Below, piece after piece: positions 9,413-19,836 of a stretch of 64,000 nt of DNA (positions within the stretch are counted from its first letter, which is position 1; the number at the start of each line of letters is the position of its first letter). The position numbers and the translations under genes are program-made. Origin of the DNA: Candidatus Dormibacter sp. (GTDB lineage Bacteria; Chloroflexota; Dormibacteria; Aeolococcales; Aeolococcaceae); the NCBI GenBank assembly GCA_039935655.1, contig JBDTJX010000094.1, positions 5,975 through 69,974 on the forward strand, in the 5' to 3' direction. The notes under the pieces are model-generated. The model ran no database searches. It had not been told where the DNA came from and saw only the letters and a program-made list of their open reading frames with translations.

Positions 9413-10798
9413 TCAGGCGGGCGGTGCGGCGGCCTCGCCCATCTGCAGGAGCGCCCGCTCGTAGCGCATCGCCGGGGTCAGTGCGGCGAAGGCAAATACG
9501 CTCAGGAACAGACCGAGGAGCGCGAGGCCGTCGGCGTAGTCGAGCCGCACCGCGAACCCGCCCATCACCGACCCGATGGCACCACCGCCGGCCAGCGCGA
9601 CGGTATAGAAGGCCATCAACGCCGATCGATCAGCCACGAACGTCTCCGAGCACTCGGCGAGGTAGTTGATCGCGGCGGGTCCGAAGCCGGCGAGGACAAT
9701 GATCCCGAGAGCCACCAGCGGGATGTACAGGGGGGCCCAGTCCAGCGGGCTGTGGTTCATCGCGAGCAGGGCGGCCGAGATCAGCCAGGCCCCGGGGGCT
9801 GCGCGGCGCATGATGCGCACCGCTCCGACCCGGGGAATCCAGGGCGTCCAGATGAAGATCCCGATTAACAGCAGCGCGATCCAGCTCACCAGAATCACCG
9901 AGATGAAGCGCTCGTCGAAGTGGTGGAGAAGCGTCTGGCCCGGGACCGGTTGCCGTCGGAGCAGCGCGGGCAGATGGGCGGCGTAGGCGCCGAGCAGCGC
10001 GAACGCGGCCATCCACGCGGGCAGGAAGCTGCGGAGCGGCCCGGGTCCGACGATCGCGCTGAGGACCCGGCTGATCGGGCTCACCGGCAACGGCGGCACG
10101 TACGGCACCAGCGCGGCGCAGACCAGGGCGGCGCACAGGTAGAGGCCGGCCAGCACCAGGAACGCGCCGTGGTGCAGCCAGTGATAGGCGAACGGGCCGA
10201 CGACGAAGCCCCCCGCGTAGCCCGCCAGCGTGGCCGCCTCGAAAGCGCCACTCGCGCGGGCCCGGACGTTGCGACTGTGGGCGGTGGCGGCGGCGATCGT
10301 GCCCAGCGCGGTGGGGATGAAGCATGCCGCCCCAACACCCTCGACCAGCCGGGCGATGACGATCGACTCTGGGCGGTTTGCCAGGCTGAGCATGATGGCG
10401 CCGACCAGGCTGAACAGTGGGCCGCCGATCAGGAACTGACGGCGGCCGAAGCGGTCGGCGAACCGAGCCAGGAATGGGGCGAACACCATCTCCGGCAGCG
10501 CCTGGCTGGCGCCGATGAAGCCGACCACCAGGCCGTTGGGACGCCCTCCGAACATGTCGACGAGGTCGAAGCCCACGGCGATGGCTGCGCCGGAGGCGCC
10601 GATGCGGAGCAGGGCCGTCCCGGCCAGGAGTGCACCGATCGCGCTCGGCCGGCTCTGCACGAGGTCACTCTCGAGGGAGACTGCGAACGCCTGGTCCTCG
10701 GCGGCCGCAGAGGGGACGTCGAATTCGTCGACTCCGGGAACGTTCGTGCCCTCGACTCCGCCGTCGGGAGGCGGGGGCAGCAGGGTCTGAGGGTTCAC
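9413..10798 (-). CDS. MFS transporter
   Basis: 461 aa with about 12 hydrophobic helices. It has an MFS loop motif (FLARFADRFGRRQ). Confidence 0.85.
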   Translation of the reverse strand: MNPQTLLPPPPDGGVEGTNVPGVDEFDVPSAAAEDQAFAVSLESDLVQSRPSAIGALLAGTALLRIGASGAAIAVGFDLVDMFGGRPNGLVVGFIGASQALPEMVFAPFLARFADRFGRRQFLIGGPLFSLVGAIMLSLANRPESIVIARLVEGVGAACFIPTALGTIAAATAHSRNVRARASGAFEAATLAGYAGGFVVGPFAYHWLHHGAFLVLAGLYLCAALVCAALVPYVPPLPVSPISRVLSAIVGPGPLRSFLPAWMAAFALLGAYAAHLPALLRRQPVPGQTLLHHFDERFISVILVSWIALLLIGIFIWTPWIPRVGAVRIMRRAAPGAWLISAALLAMNHSPLDWAPLYIPLVALGIIVLAGFGPAAINYLAECSETFVADRSALMAFYTVALAGGGAIGSVMGGFAVRLDYADGLALLGLFLSVFAFAALTPAMRYERALLQMGEAAAPPA

Positions 10799-11043
10799 GC
10801 GCGACTAGCGTAATCGAGTACGTGGATGCGCACTTTCGCAGGAACCCTTTCGCCACTACAATTGCCACACGTCTCACCCCCGCCGGCCGCACCGGCCGCG
10901 GGCGACGGATCCGAGCCCGATTCGGGCCCGCCCCGTCGCGATGATGAGCCGCCGCCGCCGGGTGCGCTTCCACCCCAAGCACCGCGACCCGAGGAACCCC
11001 CATCACAATCGAGATCGTCGCCCTGATCGGGCTGGGCATCGCC

Positions 11044-12540
11044 GTGGTCTTCGCCGTGGCTGCCCTCATCTACGCACGCCGCGTCGCCGACGACGCTCGC
11101 CAGGGACACGGCACGGCCGACACCGAACTTCATGCGCACGCCCAGGCCATCGAGCACGAGGCTCAGCAGGTCCTGGTCACGTCGCGCGAGGAGGCCTTCC
11201 GCATCCGTGGAGAGGCCGAGGCCGAGGTGCGCGAGCGCCGCGCCGAGGTGGCCCGCCTCGAGCAGCGCAACAGCCAGCGCGAGGAGGGACATGAGCGCCG
11301 CCTTCGCGAGCTCGAGCAGAGCGAGCAGCGCCTGACCCGCCGCGAGGAGGAGCTCGAGGAGGTCCGCCAGACCACCGAGAGCGAGCGCGCCATGGTCGGC
11401 CGCGAGCTCGAGCGGGTGGCGGCCCTGTCCCAGACGGAGGCGCGAGCCGAGCTCATCGCCGGCGTCGAGGCCGAGCTCGACGCCGAGGTGGCGGAGCGAA
11501 TCCGCGACGCCGACCGGCGCGTCCGCGAGGAAGCCGGCGAGCGCAGCCGGGAGATTCTCATCGCCGCCATGCAGCGCCACGCTTCCGACCAGACCGGGGA
11601 GTCGTCGGTGACGGTGATGCACCTGCCCAGCGACGACCTCAAAGGCAGGATCATCGGTCGCGAGGGGCGCAACATCCGCGCGCTCGAGGCAGCCACCGGC
11701 GTCGACGTCATCGTCGACGAGACACCGGAGTCGGTCGTTCTCAGCGGCTTCGACCCCGTCCGGCGCGAGGTGGCCAGGGTCACCCTGGAGCGGCTCTTCG
11801 CCGACGGTCGCATCCATCCCGCCCGCATCGAGGAGATGGTGGGCAAGAGCCGCGGCGAGATCATCCAGCGCATCAAGGAGGAGGGCGAGGCGGCCTGCCA
11901 AGAGCTGGGCATCCCCTCAGTGCATCCCGAGCTGGCCAAGTTGCTCGGCACGCTGCGCTTTCGCAACTCCTACGGCCACAACGTGCTCGGACACAGCAAG
12001 GACACCGCGGCGATCGCGGGCATGATCGCCGCCGAGATTGGCTACGACGAGCAGGAGGCCAAGGAGATCGGGCTCTTCCACGACATCGGCCTGGCGGTGG
12101 AGCACACCGTCGAGGGCTCGCACGCGATCATCGGCGGCGAGATCCTGGCACGGCTCGGTCGGCCCGCGGCGGTTGTCCAGGCGGTCCGCGCCCATCACTA
12201 CGACGAGGAGCCGAGCTCGGTCGGAGCGTTCATCGTAATGACCGCCGACAGCATCGCTGCGGCGCGTCGCGGCGCCCGCCGCGAGGCGCTCAGCGCATCC
12301 CTGAAGCGCCTCGAGCGCATCGAGGCCATCGCCGGCGAGTTCGATGGGGTGGAGCACAGCTTCGCCGTCCAGGCGGGCAAGGAGCTGCGCGTCATGGTGC
12401 GCCCCAACGAGATCAGCGACGACCGTGCCCAGGTGCTCGCTCGACAGATCGCGAAGAGGCTGCACGCAGAGGGCAACTACTCCGGCCGGATCAAGGTCGT
12501 CGTCCTGCGCGAGACCCGCAGCGTCGAGTACGCGAAGTAA
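11044..12540 (+). CDS. rny: ribonuclease Y
   Basis: It has a coiled-coil N-terminal region, a KH domain (GRIIGREGRNIRALEAATGVDVIVD) and an HD domain (HSKDTAAIAGMIA...FHDIG). 11044 is the first canonical start, but it truncates the N-terminal TM helix (see findings: a likely non-canonical start at 11002). Confidence 0.92.
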   Translation: MVFAVAALIYARRVADDARQGHGTADTELHAHAQAIEHEAQQVLVTSREEAFRIRGEAEAEVRERRAEVARLEQRNSQREEGHERRLRELEQSEQRLTRREEELEEVRQTTESERAMVGRELERVAALSQTEARAELIAGVEAELDAEVAERIRDADRRVREEAGERSREILIAAMQRHASDQTGESSVTVMHLPSDDLKGRIIGREGRNIRALEAATGVDVIVDETPESVVLSGFDPVRREVARVTLERLFADGRIHPARIEEMVGKSRGEIIQRIKEEGEAACQELGIPSVHPELAKLLGTLRFRNSYGHNVLGHSKDTAAIAGMIAAEIGYDEQEAKEIGLFHDIGLAVEHTVEGSHAIIGGEILARLGRPAAVVQAVRAHHYDEEPSSVGAFIVMTADSIAAARRGARREALSASLKRLERIEAIAGEFDGVEHSFAVQAGKELRVMVRPNEISDDRAQVLARQIAKRLHAEGNYSGRIKVVVLRETRSVEYAK

Positions 12541-12548
12541 CGATTGCA

Positions 12549-12566
12549 TCGCGGGGAAACCCGCGA
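12549..12566 (+). terminator. stem-loop TCGCGGG-GAAA-CCCGCGA immediately after the rny stop
   Basis: A perfect 7-bp GC-rich stem with a GAAA tetraloop begins 9 nt after the TAA. There is no U-tract, so its function (terminator, processing or stability element) is uncertain. Confidence 0.3.
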
Positions 12567-12656
12567 CTCGCCGCATCGCCTCACAATCGCGACAATCTCA
12601 TGATCACGTCCCAGCAACCGCCCTCGCAACGGTCCCCAAAGGGGAAGTCGAACCCC

Positions 12657-12917
12657 ATGGAAATTCTCAAAGTCTCAGCGACCAGCAAGCCCGTGGCCGT
12701 CGCCGGTGCGATCGCCGGCGTGGTGCGCACTCAGAGCCGGGTGGAGGTGCAGGCCATCGGCGCGGGTGCGATCAACCAGGCCGTCAAGGCAATCGCCATC
12801 TCGCGCGGGTATGTCGCGGCCGGGGGCATCGACCTCGTGTGCATCCCATCGTTCATCGACATCTCGATCGATGGCGAGGAGAGGACGGGGATCCGGTTGC
12901 TGGTGGAGCAGAGGTAG
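12657..12917 (+). CDS. spoVS: stage V sporulation protein S family (SpoVS)
   Basis: The ATG at 12657 is preceded by AAAGGGGAAG. The 86-aa product MEILKVSATSKPVAVAGAIAGVVR...AIGAGAINQAVKAIAISRGY is the SpoVS signature. The rny-spoVS neighbourhood matches the Bacillus order. Confidence 0.9.
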   Translation: MEILKVSATSKPVAVAGAIAGVVRTQSRVEVQAIGAGAINQAVKAIAISRGYVAAGGIDLVCIPSFIDISIDGEERTGIRLLVEQR

Positions 12918-13152
12918 GAGGACCGCCGAAGAGGCGCCGGTGTGGAGGGCGGGGGCATCGCTTCGGTCGCTGGTGTTAGTGGGCCGCTGGTTCCTTTGAT
13001 GCGTTGGGCGGGCGCAATGGTGTTGGCTAGTCGCTAGGCTTGGCGCGAGCGTGTATCTCCCCACTCTTAGTCAGTCCGCCTCGCACTTCCGGCCGCTGCC
13101 GCTTGCCCAGCGTGGTGGGGGCGACCTGCCCGTGCGCGCGCGTGAGCCGATC

Positions 13153-14448
13153 GTGCCGCTGCTGGGAAGGCCACCGCGGGTGCACCTGTGGCATATCGGC
13201 TGCCAGATGAATGATGCGGACCACGAGCGGCTGGCCGAGTCGTTCGCTGAGATCGGTTTCGTGCCTGACGTGCCACTCGCGGACGCAGACATCGCGGTGC
13301 TGATCAGCTGTGCGGTTCGCTCGAACGCTGAGCAGAAGGTGTACGGGAAGTTCAAGGAGTTGATCCCCTGGAAGCGCGAACGCGCCGGCAGGGCGATTGC
13401 GCTGACCGGTTGCATGGCGGTCGAGCACGGTTCGGCGCTGCTGGAGCGCATGGCCGACCTCGACTACATGTTCGATGTGCGCGAACCCGATGGCTTCTTC
13501 GCGCGACTGCAGTCGTTGTACGGCGGCGATGTCGACGGCCCGGTGACTATGCCGGCGTCCGATCGACTGCTCGCCTACGTTCCGGTCATGGGTGGCTGCA
13601 ACGAGATGTGCACCTACTGCATCGTGCCCTTCGTGCGCGGCCGCGAGAGCAGCCGCACCACCGCCGAGATCGTCGATGACGTGCAGCGGCTGGCCGGTCG
13701 TGGCGTGCGCGAGGTGACCCTGCTCGGCCAGAACGTCAACAGCTACCGCGACCCCCAGGCGGGCACCGGCCTTCCCGAGCTGCTCGCGGCGGTCGACGCC
13801 GTGCCGGGACTATGGCGCCTGCGCTTCCTCACGTCGCACCCGCGCAACGCGGTGCCGCAGCTGTTCACCGCGATGCGCGACCTGTCGAAGGTGTGCGAAC
13901 AGCTCCACCTGCCGGTCCAGGCCGGTGACGACGAGCTGCTCCGCCGCATGCGTCGCGTCTACAGCGTCGCCGAATATCGCGACAAGATCGACGAGGCCAG
14001 ACAGACCGTGCCCGACCTGGCGCTGACCACCGACATCATCGTCGGCTTCAGCGGCGAGACGGAGGCAGAGTTCGAGGGCACCGCGCAGCTGCTCCGCGAC
14101 GTCCGCTACGACGTGGTGCACATCCAGGCGTACTCGGTGCGACCGGGGACCGCGGCGGCGCGACGACCCGACGACGTTCCGTTGCCCGAGAAGAAGCGCC
14201 GGCTCAACCAGCTGCTCGACATCCAACGCGGCATCGCGCTCGAGCGCAACCGTGCCCTGCTCGACCGTCGCGTCGAGGTGCTCGTCGAAGGCCTCGCAGA
14301 GGACGGGCGCGCCTACGGCCGCACCCGCCAGGGCAAGGTGGCGTGGCTTCCCGCCGGCAGCGCCGCCGCCGGCGACCTGCGCACCGGCAGGGTGGCCGCG
14401 GTCACCCACTGGCAGCTCGAGCTCGACACGATCACCGCGGCGGCGTGA
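13153..14448 (+). CDS. miaB: tRNA (N6-isopentenyl-A37) methylthiotransferase MiaB
   Basis: It has the UPF0004 N-domain (GCQMNDADHERL), a radical-SAM CxxxCxxC (CNEMCTYCIVP) and a TRAM C-terminus. The start is uncertain: GTG candidates are 13132, 13153 and 13180, and the ORF opens at 13051. Confidence 0.88.
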   Translation: MPLLGRPPRVHLWHIGCQMNDADHERLAESFAEIGFVPDVPLADADIAVLISCAVRSNAEQKVYGKFKELIPWKRERAGRAIALTGCMAVEHGSALLERMADLDYMFDVREPDGFFARLQSLYGGDVDGPVTMPASDRLLAYVPVMGGCNEMCTYCIVPFVRGRESSRTTAEIVDDVQRLAGRGVREVTLLGQNVNSYRDPQAGTGLPELLAAVDAVPGLWRLRFLTSHPRNAVPQLFTAMRDLSKVCEQLHLPVQAGDDELLRRMRRVYSVAEYRDKIDEARQTVPDLALTTDIIVGFSGETEAEFEGTAQLLRDVRYDVVHIQAYSVRPGTAAARRPDDVPLPEKKRRLNQLLDIQRGIALERNRALLDRRVEVLVEGLAEDGRAYGRTRQGKVAWLPAGSAAAGDLRTGRVAAVTHWQLELDTITAAA

Positions 14449-14507
14449 CCCGTCGCGGGAGGGGGCCCGCGCCCCACGAGAGCGGGGACGGCGACGAGCC
14501 CGGGCCG

Positions 14508-17096
14508 ATGATCGACCTCGACGACGCCGGCAGCACGCCTATCCTTGTGCAGTACCGCGCGGTCAAAGGCGAGTATCCCGACGCCATCGTGATGGCGCGG
14601 CTCGGCGACTTCTACGAGATGTTCGGTGCCGACGCGCAGGCGGCTGCACCCATCCTCGGCGTGGCGCTCACCGGTCGCGGGTTCGGCGCGGCCGGCCGCC
14701 TGCCCATGTGCGGCGTTCCCCACCACGCCTGCGCGACGTACGTCCGCCGGCTGCTCGACGCGGGACGACGTGTTGCGCTGTGGGACCAGGTGGGGGAGGT
14801 CGTCCCCGGCAAGCTGGTGCGGCGCGAGGTGACCCGCGTGCTCAGTCCCGGCACCGCGACGGAGAGCGAGTACCTCGACGAGTCGCGGGTGGCTCGCTGC
14901 GTCGCGCTGTACAGCAGCGGCGGTCGCACCGGGATCGCCGCGCTCGACACCGCCGGCGGAGAGCTGCTGCTCACCGAGGTCGCCGGTGGCTGGGACGCGG
15001 CCGCGCTGCGCGAGGAGTGCGAACGGCTCGACGTGGCCGAGGTGCTGATCACCGACGACGGCACCGAGCTGCCCGCCGCGCTGCTGCCGGGCACGGTGCG
15101 CACGCTCCTCCCGCCCGCCTTCTTCGACGCCTCTCGCGCCCGTGACCGGCTGCTCGGTGTCACCGGCGCACGTGCCCTTGACGGTCTCGGGGTGGACGAC
15201 ATCGACCGCGCCGTCTGTGCGGCTGGGGCGGTGCTGGCCTACTGCGAGCGTGCCCGGCTGACCCTGAGCGCGGGGTTCGTCCACGTCAGGCGACGCGGCG
15301 AGACCGCCACCATGCGCCTTGATGCGCAGACCCGGCGCAACCTGGAGCTGCTGACGCCGCTGGGTGGCTCCGGGGCCTCGCTGGCGACACTTCTTGACCG
15401 CACTCGCACACCGATGGGCGCGCGCCTGCTGCGCAGCCGCCTGCTCGAACCGCTGACCGAGCCCGTGCCCATCCTCGCACGACTTGACGCCGTAAATGCT
15501 CTTCTCGACGCGCCGCGCCTGCGCGAAACCCTCGGTGAGGCGCTGGCAGCGGTCCGTGACCTCGAACGGCTGGTGGCGCGCTGTGTGCAGCGCACCGCCG
15601 GCCCGCGCGACCTCGGTGCCATCCGCCAGGCATGTGCCGCTCTCCCCGCCGTGCAGGACATCTTGTCGCGCGTCACAGCGGGTGAGCTGGTGGCGGCAGC
15701 CGCGCGCTGTGTGGCCCCGGACGGGCTCGCCCCCCACCTGCGCGAGCTGCTCGTCGACGATCCACCCGCGACGGCCAGGGACGGCGGCTGTATCCGGCCC
15801 GGCGCCGATGCTGAGCTCGACGACCTCGTCGCCGGGGGTGCGGAGGCGCGAGCGTGGATCACGGCCCTCGAGGGCGTCGAGCGGCAGCGCAGCGGCATCG
15901 GCTCGCTCAAGGTCGGCTACAACCGCGTCTTCGGCTACTACATCGAGGTTCCCAACGCTCATCGAGACGCCGTCCCGGCCGAGTACGTGCGCAAGCAGAC
16001 GCTGGTCGGGGCTGAGCGGTACATCACCGCCGACCTCAAGGAACGCGAGAGCACAGTCCTGGGTGGGCGCGAGCGCGCGCTGGTCCGCGAGCATCAATTG
16101 CTCGAGGAGCTCACCGCGCAGGTAGCCGTTCACGCCGCGACGCTGCTCGACGCAGCCCAGGCGGTGGCGCTCATCGACGTGCATCGCTCGCTGGCGTGCG
16201 TCGCCGCGGAGGAGCGGTGGGTGCGTCCACTCGTCGACTCGTCCGGTGTTCTCGACGTCGACCAGGGTCGCCATCCGCTGGTCGAACGCGCGCTCGGCCC
16301 CGGCCGCTTCGTCCCCAACGACTGCCGCCTCGATGCCGCCGAGCGAATCGTCGTGCTCACCGGCCCCAACATGGCCGGGAAATCGACCTACCTGCGCCAG
16401 GTTGCGCTGATCACCTTGCTGGCCCAGGTGGGCAGCTTCGTGCCCGCGACCCGGGCGCGGATCGGTGTGTGCGACCGCATCTTCACGCGCATCGGCGCCC
16501 AGGACGACCTCAGCGGCGGCCTGTCGACATTCATGGTGGAGATGGCCGAGGCGGCCGCCATCCTGCGCCAGGCCTCGTCGCGCAGCCTTGTCATCCTCGA
16601 CGAGCTCGGTCGGGGGACGTCGACGTACGACGGCATGTCGATCGCCCAGGCGGTGGTCGAGCACCTGCACGAGGCACCACACCTCAACTGCCGCACCCTT
16701 TTCGCGACGCACTACCATGAGATGACCGCGATCGAGCAACGCCTGCCGCGAGTGCGCAACGCCCGCGTCGACGTGCTCGAGGAGGGCGATGGCATCACCT
16801 TCCTACACCGCATCGTGCCCGGTGGTGCCGACCGTTCCTACGGGATCCATGTGGCCAGACTGGCCGGCATGCCCGCCGGGGTGCTGGTGCGCGCCCGGCA
16901 GTTGCTCGCCGACCTCGAGCGCGAGCGGCCGGTCGCCGGCAGCGGTGCCGACGTGCCGGACCAGCTCAGTCTCGGTATCGCCACTCCGCTGCAGCATCCC
17001 GTCGTCGAAGAGCTCGCCCAGCTGGACATCGAGGGCCTCACCCCCCTGGCCGCACTCAACAAGCTCGCCGAGCTGCGCGAGCGCGCCGAACCCTGA
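14508..17096 (+). CDS. mutS: DNA mismatch repair protein MutS
   Basis: The ATG at 14508 gives TPILVQYRAVKGEYPDAIVMARLGDFYEMF. It has a Walker A (GPNMAGKSTYLRQ) and STFMVEM. The upstream ORF part overlaps miaB. Confidence 0.95.
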   Translation: MIDLDDAGSTPILVQYRAVKGEYPDAIVMARLGDFYEMFGADAQAAAPILGVALTGRGFGAAGRLPMCGVPHHACATYVRRLLDAGRRVALWDQVGEVVPGKLVRREVTRVLSPGTATESEYLDESRVARCVALYSSGGRTGIAALDTAGGELLLTEVAGGWDAAALREECERLDVAEVLITDDGTELPAALLPGTVRTLLPPAFFDASRARDRLLGVTGARALDGLGVDDIDRAVCAAGAVLAYCERARLTLSAGFVHVRRRGETATMRLDAQTRRNLELLTPLGGSGASLATLLDRTRTPMGARLLRSRLLEPLTEPVPILARLDAVNALLDAPRLRETLGEALAAVRDLERLVARCVQRTAGPRDLGAIRQACAALPAVQDILSRVTAGELVAAAARCVAPDGLAPHLRELLVDDPPATARDGGCIRPGADAELDDLVAGGAEARAWITALEGVERQRSGIGSLKVGYNRVFGYYIEVPNAHRDAVPAEYVRKQTLVGAERYITADLKERESTVLGGRERALVREHQLLEELTAQVAVHAATLLDAAQAVALIDVHRSLACVAAEERWVRPLVDSSGVLDVDQGRHPLVERALGPGRFVPNDCRLDAAERIVVLTGPNMAGKSTYLRQVALITLLAQVGSFVPATRARIGVCDRIFTRIGAQDDLSGGLSTFMVEMAEAAAILRQASSRSLVILDELGRGTSTYDGMSIAQAVVEHLHEAPHLNCRTLFATHYHEMTAIEQRLPRVRNARVDVLEEGDGITFLHRIVPGGADRSYGIHVARLAGMPAGVLVRARQLLADLERERPVAGSGADVPDQLSLGIATPLQHPVVEELAQLDIEGLTPLAALNKLAELRERAEP

Positions 17097-17098
17097 CG

Positions 17099-18880
17099 GT
17101 GACCAGCGAGCGGGCGGCGGCGGAGATCTGCCGGTTGCCGCAGTCGGTGGCCGACGCCATCGCCGCGGGCGAGGTCGTCGAGCGGCCCGCGTCGGTGGTC
17201 AAGGAGCTGTGCGAGAACGCCGTCGACGCGGGAGCGCGCGCGGTCGAGGTCGCCGTGGACGGCGCGGGCACAGTGCGCATCCGCGTTGTCGATGACGGGG
17301 TGGGGATCGCGGCGGTGGAGCTGCCGCTCGCGCTGGCACGGCATGCCACGTCGAAGATCCGCTCGGTGACCGACCTCGAGGCCGTCGGCACACTCGGCTT
17401 CCGCGGCGAGGCGCTGGCCAGCATCGCGGCAGTCGCCGACGTCACCATCGCCTCGCACCCGCGCGGCACCGCAGCCGGCGCGCGATTGCGTGTGCGCCAC
17501 GGTGAGACGGTGGAGGCGGGGGCGTGGGGTGGTCCGGCCGGGACCTCGGTGGAGGTGCTCGACCTGTTCGCCGCGACCCCGGCGCGGTTGCGCTTCCTGC
17601 GTAGCGAACGCGCCGAGTCCGCGGCGACACTGGCCGTGATCGCCGACCTGGTACTGATGCACCCCGAGGTCCGCGTCAGCTGCGCCATCGACGGCCGGGT
17701 CCGCCTGCGCTCACCGGGAGGCACGCTGGATGACGCACTGCGCTGCATCTTCGGTGCAGACGCCGCCGAGCTCCTGCGTGTTGCTGCCGATGGTGACATC
17801 AACGTCGGAGGAGCGATCAGCGAGCCGCGGCGGCATCGCGGCACCCGCGCCGGTCTGGTGTTGGTGGTCAACGGGCGGCGGGTGCACAACCGCGCGCTGC
17901 TCGCCGCCGTCAGCGAGGCGTACCGCGGGCTGGTGCCGGCCGGTCGGCACCCGTTCGGCGTGGTCAGCGTGCAGGTCGACCCGCTCGAGGTGGATGTCAA
18001 CGTGCATCCGACCAAGCGTGAGGTGCGCTTTCGCGATGAGCGTGCTGTCTTCGCGGCCGTGCAGGGCGCCTGCTGGCGCGCGCTGGGTGGCGCCTCGGTG
18101 TACCACGCGTCAGCATCGCACGCGAGCGCGCTGCGGCTGGGGGAGGGCATCGTGGCGTGGCCCTCGCCGGGGACGCCCACGCCCGCAGCACGCGTGGACG
18201 GCGTCACCGGCGTGGCCGACGGGACAGGCATTTTCGCCGGGAGCGCAACCATCGCAGCGTCCGACCACGGTTCACCGGGCGCCGCCCATGTCAGCCTCGG
18301 CGCGTTGGGGCCGTTGCGCGCCCTCGGACAGCAGGGCGGACGATGGCTGCTGGCGACGTCGCCGGCCGGCGTCGTGGTTATCGACCCGCACGCGGCGCAC
18401 GAGAAGGTGCTCTACACAGAGCTTCTCAGCGAGTGGGCGTCCGGCACGGCGTACGGGCAGATGTTGCTCATCCCAGCGCTGCTGGAGTGCGACGCGCGCC
18501 GCATGGACCTGTTTGCGGTGCACGGCGCGCTGATCGAGTCATGCGGCTTCACGGTGGACGCCTTCGGACCCACCACCCTGCGCTGCACGTCTGTTCCCGC
18601 CGGCGCCAGCGCGGCCGACCCGGCCCGGCTGCTCGGCGAGCTCCTCGACTCGATGGGTGCGGGCGGCGCGGTGACCGAACAACGGCACCGTGCTGCGGCG
18701 CTGATCGCCTGCCACGCCGCGGTCCGGTTCGGTGACGAGCTGGCACCGGACGCGCAGCAGCAACTGCTCGACCGCCTTGTCGACACGCCGGGCGGCTACA
18801 CGTGCCCGCATGGCAGGCCGGCGCTGGCTCTGTTCGACGACGCCAGCCTGCGGCGCATTTTCCGCCGACCGGCGGAATGA
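17099..18880 (+). CDS. mutL: DNA mismatch repair protein MutL
   Basis: It has a GHKL ATPase N-terminus (IAAGEVVERPASVVKELCENAVDAG, FRGEALASI) and a C-terminal dimerisation/endonuclease region. Confidence 0.92.
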   Translation: MTSERAAAEICRLPQSVADAIAAGEVVERPASVVKELCENAVDAGARAVEVAVDGAGTVRIRVVDDGVGIAAVELPLALARHATSKIRSVTDLEAVGTLGFRGEALASIAAVADVTIASHPRGTAAGARLRVRHGETVEAGAWGGPAGTSVEVLDLFAATPARLRFLRSERAESAATLAVIADLVLMHPEVRVSCAIDGRVRLRSPGGTLDDALRCIFGADAAELLRVAADGDINVGGAISEPRRHRGTRAGLVLVVNGRRVHNRALLAAVSEAYRGLVPAGRHPFGVVSVQVDPLEVDVNVHPTKREVRFRDERAVFAAVQGACWRALGGASVYHASASHASALRLGEGIVAWPSPGTPTPAARVDGVTGVADGTGIFAGSATIAASDHGSPGAAHVSLGALGPLRALGQQGGRWLLATSPAGVVVIDPHAAHEKVLYTELLSEWASGTAYGQMLLIPALLECDARRMDLFAVHGALIESCGFTVDAFGPTTLRCTSVPAGASAADPARLLGELLDSMGAGGAVTEQRHRAAALIACHAAVRFGDELAPDAQQQLLDRLVDTPGGYTCPHGRPALALFDDASLRRIFRRPAE

Positions 18881-19836
18881 CCGGGCGCCGGCCACTGGCC
18901 ATCGGTGGACCCACAGCCACCGGCAAGACCGTCCTCGCTGTCGAGCTGGCGCGGCGGATGGGCGCCGAGCTCGTCAATGCCGACTCGCGACAGGTGACTC
19001 GGCGGCTGCACGTCGGCACCGCGGCACCGTCGGCTGACGAGTTGCGTGGCGTGCGCTGCCATCTCCTCGATCTCTGCGAGCCGGGTGCGCCGTTCACCGT
19101 CGCCGATTGGCTCGAGCGCGCGCAGACCACGCTCGCCGACCTGCAGGCGCGTGGCGTCCCGGCGATCCTTGTCGGCGGCACCGGGCAATACCTGCGTGCG
19201 CTTCGCGAGGGGTGGGGATTCGGTGGTGCGCAACCCGACGCGGGCACACGCGCGTCACTCACCGCGGTGGCGTCAGCTCCGGGCGGCCTCGAGGGCCTGG
19301 CGGCGGAGCTGCGTGACCGTGACCCCGGGGGGGCAGCGTCGGTCGACCTCGCCAACCCGCGGCGCGTCATCCGTGCCCTCGAACTGCTCCGCGGCGGCGC
19401 GGCCTCACTGTCCGAGGCGCGCCGCACCGCGGGCGGCGTGTTGGCGGACGTGGTGGTCCTCGACGCTGAACGCGCCGCCCACAGCGAGGCGCTCGGCGCC
19501 CGCATGGAGGCGATGTTTGCGACGGGAGCGCTGGCGGAGGAGGTGGAGCATGAGCTGCGACGCGGCACGACGGCCGCGGCATTACACCGGGCGGGGATCG
19601 GCTACGGGGAAGCCCTCGCGCTGCTCGACGGCGCGATCAGCGTCGCTGCTGCGCGCGCGGCTACCCTGCAGCGCACCCGGCGGTACGTCAAGGCGCAGCG
19701 CACCTGGTTTCGTCACGAGCCATGCGTGCTCCGCCTCGAGCGTTCGGCGGGAACCTCGACAGCAGACCTCGCCGACACCGTGCTCAGCGCGGTCAGGCTT
19801 TCTCCCGCACTGCCTGCGCCAGGAAGTCGACGATGA
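18877..19836 (+). CDS. miaA: tRNA dimethylallyltransferase MiaA
   Basis: The ATG at 18877 overlaps the mutL stop (ATGA). It has a P-loop (GGPTATGKT) and NADSRQV. Confidence 0.92.
   Translation: MTGRRPLAIGGPTATGKTVLAVELARRMGAELVNADSRQVTRRLHVGTAAPSADELRGVRCHLLDLCEPGAPFTVADWLERAQTTLADLQARGVPAILVGGTGQYLRALREGWGFGGAQPDAGTRASLTAVASAPGGLEGLAAELRDRDPGGAASVDLANPRRVIRALELLRGGAASLSEARRTAGGVLADVVVLDAERAAHSEALGARMEAMFATGALAEEVEHELRRGTTAAALHRAGIGYGEALALLDGAISVAAARAATLQRTRRYVKAQRTWFRHEPCVLRLERSAGTSTADLADTVLSAVRLSPALPAPGSRR

Noticed and set aside
12918-13152. The 235-nt spoVS-miaB spacer as a possible small RNA gene.
   Set aside because: It is somewhat lower in GC, but I could not find a convincing promoter/terminator pair or a conserved structure by eye. 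The uncertain miaB start (13051-13180) may account for part of it.
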